DNA from: a virus
Lineage: Duplodnaviria; Caudoviricetes
Length of the DNA: 24,823 nucleotides
Reading direction: 5' to 3' (one strand)
IMG/VR virus record: IMGVR_UViG_3300031647_000054
Coordinates: 1 to 24,823 of that record
Part shown: positions 7,568 to 15,055 of the stretch, in pieces
How positions within the stretch are numbered: the stretch's first letter is position 1
Layout of the letters: each line of letters begins with the position of its first letter
Translations under genes and position numbers: made by a program
Notes under the pieces: generated by a model
What the model was told of the DNA's origin: nothing
Databases searched by the model: none
The model's input: only the letters and a program-made list of their open reading frames with translations

Positions 7568-8020
7568 ATGATTATGAATTACACAAACGAAATACAAACA
7601 TTGGGCAAAGCATTGCTAGGCCAAACAAAAGCACACGACAAGACTAGTGACGCACGCAGGTTGTTAGCAGTGGCACTACAAAATGATGCGGTAAACCTAA
7701 ACAATGTCGAACACTCAGCAAGTTTAAAGCTAGACATAACCAAGAGTTATCCAAAAGGTACTGGTAAAGATGCAGACGAAGGTCAGAAAAAAGCTGTCAG
7801 TGCTGTTAGACAAGTGCTATCCACATACAAAAAAGGTTGTGAGCTAAACATTAGCCCAAACAACTTCGATACGTATAGTGAGTACAGAAAAGAAGTATAT
7901 AATGAAACCGCTACACTGACTAAAAAAGAGCAGATCATTAAGTGGATTGAGAACGACAAGATAGAATTAGAGTTATCTGACCTTGTCGCCATTATCGAAT
8001 CGTACAAAGCTATCAAGTAA
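7568..8020 (+). CDS. Hypothetical protein (first early gene)
   Basis: 150 aa ORF, RBS AAGGT; start could be 7574; no family recognised. Confidence 0.75.
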   Translation: MIMNYTNEIQTLGKALLGQTKAHDKTSDARRLLAVALQNDAVNLNNVEHSASLKLDITKSYPKGTGKDADEGQKKAVSAVRQVLSTYKKGCELNISPNNFDTYSEYRKEVYNETATLTKKEQIIKWIENDKIELELSDLVAIIESYKAIK

Positions 8021-8026
8021 TAATAG

Positions 8027-8038
8027 TTTCCTAGGAAA
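8027..8038. repeat. TTTCCTAGGAAA palindrome, copy 2 (plus an extra half site at 8054-8065)
   Basis: AGTTTCCTAGGAAATT at 8025-8040, just after the stop codon; AGAGTTTCCTAG at 8054-8065. Confidence 0.9.
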
Positions 8039-8088
8039 TTCTTGTAAGTCTATAGAGTTTCCTAGTCTATCAATAGGAGAATATACAA

Positions 8089-8247
8089 ATGACTTATACA
8101 ATGAGAGACGTTAATCGTTTACGAATGGATAGAGGTTGGCCCAAACTAATGGCGCTAGAATATTATATTGAACTGGCACAAGAGTCAGGCAATGATGCTA
8201 GCAGATCTTTAATGATGGCTTATACAGTTGAGAGGAGAAAAAGATAA
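8089..8247 (+). CDS. Small hypothetical early protein (52 aa, not in the ORF track)
   Basis: MTYTMRDVNRLRMDRGWPKLMALEYY...RRKR; RBS AGGAGA; TAATG overlap with the next gene. Confidence 0.7.
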   Translation: MTYTMRDVNRLRMDRGWPKLMALEYYIELAQESGNDASRSLMMAYTVERRKR

Positions 8248-8432
8248 TGATTAAATTAGATAAAGAATTTACACTATTCACAGAAGATGAATTTTTCCAG
8301 AAGCATGCAATAGATTTAAATTTTGAATATGGCTCAGAAGAATTAGTTTCTTTGGCTATTGAGCGAGGGTTTATTAAATGCTGTGGGAATGATCTGTATT
8401 TTTACACACCACTAACTGATAAAGTTTCCTAG
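8247..8432 (+). CDS. Small acidic hypothetical protein
   Basis: 61 aa, RBS GAGGAG, translationally coupled; its TAG stop is the centre of palindrome copy 3. Confidence 0.7.
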   Translation: MIKLDKEFTLFTEDEFFQKHAIDLNFEYGSEELVSLAIERGFIKCCGNDLYFYTPLTDKVS

Positions 8433-8448
8433 GAAATTATGGAGAATA
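8418..8448 (+). repeat. 31-bp direct repeat A (palindrome copy 3 plus RBS)
   Basis: GATAAAGTTTCCTAGGAAATTATGGAGAATA, identical to 9217-9247. Confidence 0.9.
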
Positions 8449-8452
8449 TAGA

Positions 8453-8653
8453 ATGAAAGTTATAGCAGCAGAATCTTTGGATTGTAAACTATTGATTTGT
8501 GATAATGATCAAGTTTATTTAGGCATGTTAGGTGATATGGGATATCGCCAATACTATTCACTTGAGCCTTTATCATCTGATTTGATTTGGGTGGAAGGTG
8601 AACAATTAGAATTAGATTTAGCATTAAACAATTACATTGAAGGGGAATTATAA
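8453..8653 (+). CDS. Small acidic hypothetical protein
   Basis: 66 aa, RBS GGAG, coupled to the next ORF. Confidence 0.7.
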   Translation: MKVIAAESLDCKLLICDNDQVYLGMLGDMGYRQYYSLEPLSSDLIWVEGEQLELDLALNNYIEGEL

Positions 8654-8886
8654 TGAGCTACGAAAAAAGAACAGTACGTCACTTGGCAGCATTAAACGAT
8701 CGAAGCACACCACAATACAAGCGATCATTCGCAGCAGAATGTTTAGGTGCGTTATACATGGCGTACAAGCTGGATAGCAGGCAGATGAAAGACTTATTCA
8801 TGCGTGACCATGGTTTGTCTATAGATTCAGCAGAAGCGGTGATTCAATTCGGTGAGCGTTCCCACAAGCTTGGAAGTACATTATGA
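8653..8886 (+). CDS. Hypothetical protein
   Basis: 77 aa, RBS AAGGGG, overlapping start and stop codons on both sides. Confidence 0.7.
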   Translation: MSYEKRTVRHLAALNDRSTPQYKRSFAAECLGALYMAYKLDSRQMKDLFMRDHGLSIDSAEAVIQFGERSHKLGSTL

Positions 8887-9221
8887 AAGCGTTTAAGATA
8901 ATGAAAGTTAGTGATCAAGAAAACTCATGGAAAACTTTGTTCCACGGTGTAGATGGTGATCGTAATATTTCTTGTGATGAATGGGTTAATTCAAAGACCT
9001 CATACGTCCGTGATGGTTCTGGTGGTACATATTATTTATCAGGCTGGCACGTTTTACCATCATATGATTCTGCCTTATTGTATATGGAAAACTTTAAGGA
9101 TACCACGGACAAGTATATTGTTGAATGTGAAGTAAAGAGTTACCAGAAAAAAGAGCATGCTCGTAGTCCTGTGTTCTTAGCTAAGTCAATAAAATTAGGT
9201 AGTGAAGCAATCCCTAGATAA
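8883..9221 (+). CDS. Hypothetical phage protein
   Basis: 112 aa, ATGA overlap; motifs KTLFHG, VRDGSGG.YYLSGWHV, IVECEV. Confidence 0.72.
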   Translation: MKAFKIMKVSDQENSWKTLFHGVDGDRNISCDEWVNSKTSYVRDGSGGTYYLSGWHVLPSYDSALLYMENFKDTTDKYIVECEVKSYQKKEHARSPVFLAKSIKLGSEAIPR

Positions 9222-9247
9222 AGTTTCCTAGGAAATTATGGAGAATA
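9217..9247 (+). repeat. 31-bp direct repeat B (palindrome copy 4 plus RBS)
   Basis: Identical to 8418-8448; supplies the RBS of the GP88-like gene. Confidence 0.9.
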
Positions 9248-9250
9248 AAA

Positions 9251-9907
9251 ATGATCAAATTAAGTGCTGCTAGTAAAATGCCATGTAAGTCATGGAGTCT
9301 TGAGTCTATGGTAACGTGCCCAGGATCGGTGAACGTCTCTACAGGGGAGGTTGCTGACGCTTGTGAGATATGTTACGCAAGAGATGGCTTCTATAGCATG
9401 CCAACTGTTAAAGCGTTACGTGTACACAACAAACAAGATTGGAAACGAGATGCGTTTGTACCTGAGTTTATTATTAAGCTTGATACAGAACGATACTTTA
9501 GGTGGTTTGATAGTGGTGACTGTTACTCAGTCAAGTTAGCATGGAAAATGTACGCCATCATGGTAGCAACACCTTGGTGTAGTCATTGGTTCCCAACTAG
9601 GCAGCACAAGTTTGATAAATTTAAGGAGGTGTTAGATGCGATGGATGCCCTACCCAATGTTGTTGTTAGGCGTAGCAGTGATAGTATTTCAGGTGAGTTG
9701 GTTAGCGGATCTAATTCATCAACTATCGTTCCCTATGTAGAAACAGAGATTAATTTCCTAGGAAACTCTGAAGTGTGTTTAGCATATGAAAGAAAAGGTA
9801 AGTGTGATACTTGCAGAGCTTGTTGGGATAAAGATGTTGAAGTAATTATTTATCCAGCTCACGGCAGAAAAGCTAGTAAGCTAATTAAGATGAGAGAAGC
9901 GGCATGA
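9251..9907 (+). CDS. GP88-like (gene product 88 family) cysteine-rich protein
   Basis: SKMPC.SWSL...TCPG, CEICYA, FRWFDSGD, HWFPTR, C-terminal C...KCDTCRACW...HG. Confidence 0.7.
   Translation: MIKLSAASKMPCKSWSLESMVTCPGSVNVSTGEVADACEICYARDGFYSMPTVKALRVHNKQDWKRDAFVPEFIIKLDTERYFRWFDSGDCYSVKLAWKMYAIMVATPWCSHWFPTRQHKFDKFKEVLDAMDALPNVVVRRSSDSISGELVSGSNSSTIVPYVETEINFLGNSEVCLAYERKGKCDTCRACWDKDVEVIIYPAHGRKASKLIKMREAA
9754..9765. repeat. TTTCCTAGGAAA palindrome, copy 5 (intragenic)
   Basis: AATTTCCTAGGAAACT at 9752-9767, read as N-F-L-G-N within the GP88-like CDS. Confidence 0.88.
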
Positions 9908-9999
9908 TTATTAGATACATTTTATTATATGTTATTATTATCGTTATGTTATGTGTTGTTGTAAGAGACTATGAATTATTATTTTTATTACTAAGTTAA
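9904..9999 (+). CDS. Possible 31-aa hydrophobic membrane peptide
   Basis: MIIRYILLYVIIIVMLCVVVRDYELLFLLLS; ATGA overlap with the GP88-like stop; very AT-rich, so may be non-coding. Confidence 0.35.
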   Translation: MIIRYILLYVIIIVMLCVVVRDYELLFLLLS

Positions 10000-10088
10000 A
10001 CTCTTAAGAGAGATTATAGCATAATAAAACTAATATCTCTATGCTCTTGTGTTATTATATGGGTATAGGGAAACGATAAGGGTATGTT

Positions 10089-10250
10089 ATGAAATGTGTT
10101 GGTTGTGATCAAGTGTTGTCCGATTATGAGGCAACTAGAAAATACGAAATTAATTATTTTGTAGATCTATGTAATGATTGTATGAGTAACGTGGATGAAG
10201 ATCTAGTTACCTTAACAAGAATAGATTTACTAACTGTCGGAGATGAATAA
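10089..10250 (+). CDS. Small zinc-finger protein (53 aa, not in the ORF track)
   Basis: MKCVGCDQVLSDYEATRK...DLCNDC (two CxxC); RBS AAGGGT. Confidence 0.72.
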   Translation: MKCVGCDQVLSDYEATRKYEINYFVDLCNDCMSNVDEDLVTLTRIDLLTVGDE

Positions 10251-10429
10251 TGTCATATGATTATATGAAGTTGTGTAAAGCAGGAACTAAGTCAGTCGTT
10301 GTACCAGAAGAATATCTTATGCTGATAGAAAAGGAAGCACACATACTTGAGATGTTAGTAGCTCATGGTGTAGAAGATTGGGTAGGGTACGAGGATGCTT
10401 TAGCAGCGTATGAGGAGGAGATAACATGA
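10250..10429 (+). CDS. Small hypothetical phage protein (59 aa, not in the ORF track)
   Basis: MSYDYMKLCK...LEMLVAHGVEDWVGYEDA; RBS GGAG; coupled on both sides. Confidence 0.7.
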   Translation: MSYDYMKLCKAGTKSVVVPEEYLMLIEKEAHILEMLVAHGVEDWVGYEDALAAYEEEIT

Positions 10430-10734
10430 GCTTAATATTTGTACCAAAGATTCCTGAAATATTCAAACAAGAAGTAGTGGTGAGGAAAAGAGTAGCTAAA
10501 CCTAACCAAACAAAAAGGAAGCGGCGTAAGTGGGATAAAAAAGAACTGGAATTGCTTGTCAACTTACGTGCTCTTAATGTATCATTCATGGACATTGCAG
10601 CGAAGCTGAGGCGTAGACCTGAGACTTGTGCTATGAAAGTACATGCTAATGAATTGAGTTTTAAAATAAAAGAGAGACGTGCTGCTCTTTTGAGTATAGA
10701 AATGGAGAAATACAATGACACTGAAACAAATTAG
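10426..10734 (+). CDS. Putative HTH (GcrA/Myb-like) DNA-binding protein
   Basis: Basic stretch, then WDKKELELLVNL...SFMDIAAKLRRRPETCAMK; RBS GAGGAGGAG. Confidence 0.62.
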   Translation: MSLIFVPKIPEIFKQEVVVRKRVAKPNQTKRKRRKWDKKELELLVNLRALNVSFMDIAAKLRRRPETCAMKVHANELSFKIKERRAALLSIEMEKYNDTETN

Positions 10735-10921
10735 AACGTATGCTGCTAATTCCTTGAAGAAAAAGCTTGCTCTACGTGTAGAACATGACCGAATACTTTT
10801 AGAGATTGCTAACTACACTGCTGCTTTGAAAAGTAGTGGTAGCTTTAAAACATACAATCAAAGCAGGATAGATACACTAACTACAGACTTACATGAAGTG
10901 GAAGAGGAGATGAAACTATGA
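10715..10921 (+). CDS. Hypothetical protein
   Basis: 68 aa, RBS GGAG, part of a coupled gene run. Confidence 0.65.
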   Translation: MTLKQIRTYAANSLKKKLALRVEHDRILLEIANYTAALKSSGSFKTYNQSRIDTLTTDLHEVEEEMKL

Positions 10922-11103
10922 CTAAATTAGAAGAACTACGAAAGAACTTTCAGGATTCTATAGCTGCTTGTGACAAGGCTGATTCTGCTTTAGACGCTCT
11001 ATATAAACTGGTTCGAGAAGCAGAAGAAATTCATGATGAAATTGACATGGATTTTATTATTGCCCAAAAAGAATTATTCACTTATGAGGAATCCCTATTA
11101 TGA
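10918..11103 (+). CDS. Small acidic coiled-coil protein
   Basis: 61 aa, RBS GAGGAG, ATGA overlaps. Confidence 0.68.
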   Translation: MTKLEELRKNFQDSIAACDKADSALDALYKLVREAEEIHDEIDMDFIIAQKELFTYEESLL

Positions 11104-11315
11104 TTTTTAATATTGATCTTGATGCTGATCAAGTTAACGCCATCACTGTGCATGCTCTAAAAGATTATTATAAAATATTGTATGAAGAAGTAGAACTTAC
11201 GCAGGGATTTGATATTCTATTATCACTCGATGATGTTATGAGTCACTTCATGACTGAAAGAGAGTACGAGGAGTTTGCTAATGGCCTTTGTGAAAACGCA
11301 CTTAGAGTGCGATGA
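11100..11315 (+). CDS. Small acidic hypothetical protein
   Basis: 71 aa, RBS GAGGA, overlaps the primase start. Confidence 0.65.
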   Translation: MIFNIDLDADQVNAITVHALKDYYKILYEEVELTQGFDILLSLDDVMSHFMTEREYEEFANGLCENALRVR

Positions 11316-12882
11316 TTGTGATAGCAGTGACGGCAGGTCTATAGATGATAAGGGCTGGTCACATTGTTTTGTTTGTGAAACTAGGAAGAGGGTGGATAGT
11401 ACTATGGAAACCGAGAGAAGCGTTGATCAGAAACCTAACGGTAACTTTGATAAACTAAAAGAAAGTCTATTGTCTGGACAATACAAGAGTGTTGTTAACA
11501 GAGGCATATCAAGCGATACGTGTAAGGCATATAAGGCCCAGCTCCAAGGGGATACTATGCACTTCGGGTACCATGATAAGGACGGGTACCTAGTTGGTGC
11601 TAAGACACGTTCACCTGACAAGGAATTTAGAACTCAAGGTAGCTGGAAGGACACTGTGTTGTTTGGACAGAACCTATTCAATAAGGGTGGTAAGTACATC
11701 ACCATAACTGAGGGTGAGTATGATGCGATGTCAGCCTATCAGATGCTTGGGTCAAAGTATCCAGTAGTATCTATTAAGAACGGCTCGGCAGCAGCCCTTA
11801 AGGACTGTCGTAGTAGCTATGAATACCTAGACAGCTACGAGAATATTGTAGTGTGTTTTGATTCAGATGAGAGTGGCATGAAAGCAGCCAACCAAGTTGC
11901 TGAATTGTTCGGAGGCAAGGCCAAAGTATTTAAACATACAAAGGATGAGAAAGATGCTAACGATTATGTTAAGTTTGGACGCAACAAAGAGTTTGTTGAT
12001 CGCTGGTGGTCGTCAGAAAGATTTGTTCCCGATGGGATTGTTGCAGGAAGTAGCTTGTGGGATGAAGTTAATAAACCCATTGCACCTGCAGACTGCCTTT
12101 ACCCATACGATGGACTCAACAAACTCACCTATGGTATTAGATTCGGTGAACTTGTTACAGTTACGGCTGGCTCTGGACTAGGTAAGAGTCAGTTCATGCG
12201 AGAGATTATCTGGCAGATCATTAGTAAGACCGAAGAGAACATTGGAATATTATTCCTTGAGGAAAGTATAAAGAAAGCAGGACTGTCTCTAATGAGCCTA
12301 GCTGCTAACAAACCTTTACACCTACCTGATACTGTAGCAACAGATGAAGAACGCTTAGACGCTTTCAATGCTACACTAGGAACTGATCGTGTGTTCTTAT
12401 TCGACCACTTCGGATCTACTGGTGTTGATAACATTGTTAGTCGTGTACGTTATATGGCTAAGGGATTAGGTTGTAAGTATGTAGTACTTGATCATATCTC
12501 TATCGTTGTATCTGCTCAGGCGAGTGGTGATGAACGTAAGGCTATTGACGAGATCATGACTAGACTACGTATGTTAGTACAAGAGACAGGCATAGCATTG
12601 TTCATTGTCTCCCACCTCAAACGACCTGATGGTAAGGGACATGAGGAAGGGTCAGCGACTAGTCTATCTCAGCTACGTGGTTCAGGCTCTATCGCACAGC
12701 TTAGTGATATGGTTATTGGACTAGAGCGTAATGGACAGGCAGAGGTTGAAGAAGAACGAAACACTACTCATGTTAGGGTACTAAAGAATCGCTTCTGTGG
12801 TACGACAGGTAAGGGAACTCCTTTACTTTATGATCATGCTACTGGTAGAATGTTAGAGACGCTAGAGGAGGAGGAGTTATGA
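11281..12882 (+). CDS. T7 gp4-like DNA primase-helicase
   Basis: Zn finger CDDC...HCFVC; TOPRIM ITEGEYDAM and CFDSDESG; KDANDY; Walker A AGSGLGKS; LDHISI, VSHLKRP, LRGSGSIAQLSD, VLKNRF; start revised to ATG 11281 (RBS GAGGAG). Confidence 0.95.
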   Translation: MAFVKTHLECDDCDSSDGRSIDDKGWSHCFVCETRKRVDSTMETERSVDQKPNGNFDKLKESLLSGQYKSVVNRGISSDTCKAYKAQLQGDTMHFGYHDKDGYLVGAKTRSPDKEFRTQGSWKDTVLFGQNLFNKGGKYITITEGEYDAMSAYQMLGSKYPVVSIKNGSAAALKDCRSSYEYLDSYENIVVCFDSDESGMKAANQVAELFGGKAKVFKHTKDEKDANDYVKFGRNKEFVDRWWSSERFVPDGIVAGSSLWDEVNKPIAPADCLYPYDGLNKLTYGIRFGELVTVTAGSGLGKSQFMREIIWQIISKTEENIGILFLEESIKKAGLSLMSLAANKPLHLPDTVATDEERLDAFNATLGTDRVFLFDHFGSTGVDNIVSRVRYMAKGLGCKYVVLDHISIVVSAQASGDERKAIDEIMTRLRMLVQETGIALFIVSHLKRPDGKGHEEGSATSLSQLRGSGSIAQLSDMVIGLERNGQAEVEEERNTTHVRVLKNRFCGTTGKGTPLLYDHATGRMLETLEEEEL

Positions 12883-13316
12883 AACTATGGCATGTAGTAA
12901 AAGAATCTTATGTAGCAGGAGGTAAGGACTACAGCTCTTGTTCATTTGTAGAAGTAATATACTCGTCATCTTATAATGAATGCAGAAAGAAAGCTAAGGA
13001 GCTATACGTAGAAAATGATTATGATGATATAAACCCTGAGTATACTTACCCTATGAGTGATATAGAGTTTACTACTACTCACCCATTCCATGATAACTTT
13101 CCTGATGTTAGGGAACCGATAAGGACATGGCACTTGTATGGCTCAGAGTATGCATGTGATGCTGCGTGGTTTCGTACCCACATCCTATCCTCTAATGATC
13201 TTATGGAGTTAGAAATGCATATGTCCTATGAGAGTACGGGAGGTCAGTATAGGGATATGGTCATCGTCCACACTGATGAGTTAGAGGAAGACGATATAGA
13301 AGAGGTGATGTCATGA
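12879..13316 (+). CDS. Acidic hypothetical protein between primase and polymerase
   Basis: 145 aa, strong RBS GAGGAGGAGG, ATGA overlaps; apparent internal duplication. Confidence 0.72.
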   Translation: MKLWHVVKESYVAGGKDYSSCSFVEVIYSSSYNECRKKAKELYVENDYDDINPEYTYPMSDIEFTTTHPFHDNFPDVREPIRTWHLYGSEYACDAAWFRTHILSSNDLMELEMHMSYESTGGQYRDMVIVHTDELEEDDIEEVMS

Positions 13317-13355
13317 GTAAAATAGGAAACTATGTATTAGGAGAGATAGAAGAAA

Positions 13356-15041
13356 ATGCTGACGCTAGATATAGAAACGACTATGGCTATGAACCACATA
13401 TGGTGTTGTGGTATACATATCTCAGGAGAAAAGCGAGAGAGGGTCTTGCTAAATCCCATGCAGTTAGAGCAGCATATACATGGAACACAGGTCATAACAG
13501 GCCACAACATAGTTAGCTTTGATGCCCCTAAGATCAAAGAGCTATGGCACCTAAGCATTCCTAGCTGGAAGTTAAGAGACACGCTTCTTATGTCTCGACT
13601 ATGGAACCCTAGACTAGAAGGAGGCCACTCATTAAGAGCATGGGGAGAGCGCCTTGGTTATGCTAAAGGTGACTTCACTGATTACGATGGTGGAATGTCA
13701 GAAGAAATGATCTCTTATTGTAAGCAAGATGTTTCTATTACTGTTAAGTTAGAAGACTATTTAACCAAGGCATTAGCTAAGGATAAGTTCTCTGAGGAAT
13801 GCGTTAAGCTTGAACATGATGTTGCTGTTATTACTCAGCAGCAAGAGATCAATGGCTTTAAGCTAGACTTAGTAAGAGCTAATCAATTATTAACTGACCT
13901 CATGGAGAGAATGAATGTCCTCGAACGAGAAGTACAAGAAGTCTTTCCACCCTTGGTGGAGAAACGAGTCTCGGAAAAGACAGGAAAGCAACTCAAAGAT
14001 AAAGTCACAGTCTTTAACCTTGGAAGCAGAAAGCAAATTGCCTACCGCCTCCAAGAAAAAGGAATAGTATTTAAAGAACAGACTGAGAAGGGTAACATCA
14101 TTGTTAATGAGAAGACCTTAGCATCAATTGATCTACCAGAAGCAAGGCTTATAGGTGAATACCTAACCTTACAAAAACGAGTAGGTCAGATAGATAACTG
14201 GGTCAATGCAGTAGCTGATGATGGCAGGGTACATGGTCGTGTTATAACGAATGGTGCTGTCTCTGGACGGATGACTCACCAGACTCCTAACATGGCTCAA
14301 GTACCTGCTAGTAAGCACGACAAGAAGACAGGTGAGTTGTTGTGGGGTAGAGCCTCTTGGTATGGCACTGACTGTAGATCTTGTTGGATTGTAGAAGAAG
14401 GTAATGTGTTAGTTGGTATAGATGCTTCTGGCTTAGAGCTACGAATGTTAGCCCATTACATGAATGATAAGTCGTATGTTGAGCAGATATTAGATGGTGA
14501 TATACATTCGTATAACCAGAAGATGGCTGGCTTAGATACGAGAGATCAAGCGAAGACCTTCGTGTACGCTCTGATTTATGGTGGAGGTGTAGCTAAGATT
14601 GGACAGATCGCTAATGGCTCTGCTCGTAAGGGTAAGCAATTGATTGATCAGTTCATGAAGAACCTACCAGCATATGCCAACCTCAAGAAGCGAGTGTTGA
14701 CCGCTATGCGTAAGAATGGTACACTACAAGGGCTGGATGGGAGGAGACTACGTGTAGAATCTGAACACAGTGCATTAAATTTCTTATTACAATCAGCAGG
14801 TGCTGTGATAATGAAGAAAGCTTTAGTCATATTACATAGCAAACTAATTGAGAACCGTATCTGGTTTAAGTTAGTAGCTAACGTACATGATGAATGGCAA
14901 ATAGAAACTACCAAAGAGTATGCTGAAATGGTAGGGCAGTTAGGAACTCAAGCTATCAAGGAAGCTGGTGAAAGTTTTAATATGAATTGTCCATTAGATG
15001 GTGACTACAAAGTTGGTACCACTTGGGCAGAAACACACTAG
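13356..15041 (+). CDS. Family A DNA polymerase (T7 gp5-like, with 3'-5' exonuclease)
   Basis: Exonuclease motifs LDIET, GHNIVSFD, YCKQD; motif A DASGLELR; motif B RDQAKTFVYALIYG; motif C VHDE. Confidence 0.95.
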   Translation: MLTLDIETTMAMNHIWCCGIHISGEKRERVLLNPMQLEQHIHGTQVITGHNIVSFDAPKIKELWHLSIPSWKLRDTLLMSRLWNPRLEGGHSLRAWGERLGYAKGDFTDYDGGMSEEMISYCKQDVSITVKLEDYLTKALAKDKFSEECVKLEHDVAVITQQQEINGFKLDLVRANQLLTDLMERMNVLEREVQEVFPPLVEKRVSEKTGKQLKDKVTVFNLGSRKQIAYRLQEKGIVFKEQTEKGNIIVNEKTLASIDLPEARLIGEYLTLQKRVGQIDNWVNAVADDGRVHGRVITNGAVSGRMTHQTPNMAQVPASKHDKKTGELLWGRASWYGTDCRSCWIVEEGNVLVGIDASGLELRMLAHYMNDKSYVEQILDGDIHSYNQKMAGLDTRDQAKTFVYALIYGGGVAKIGQIANGSARKGKQLIDQFMKNLPAYANLKKRVLTAMRKNGTLQGLDGRRLRVESEHSALNFLLQSAGAVIMKKALVILHSKLIENRIWFKLVANVHDEWQIETTKEYAEMVGQLGTQAIKEAGESFNMNCPLDGDYKVGTTWAETH

Positions 15042-15043
15042 AG

Positions 15044-15055
15044 TTTCCTAGGAAA
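15044..15055. repeat. TTTCCTAGGAAA palindrome, copy 6
   Basis: Perfect 16-bp AGTTTCCTAGGAAACT (15042-15057) immediately after the polymerase stop. Confidence 0.9.

Noticed and set aside
7516-15055. Palindrome series as a CRISPR array or as integron attC sites
   Set aside because: Spacing is irregular (about 400-5300 bp) and spans whole genes. No cas or tyrosine recombinase gene is present, and there are no attC R-box ends.
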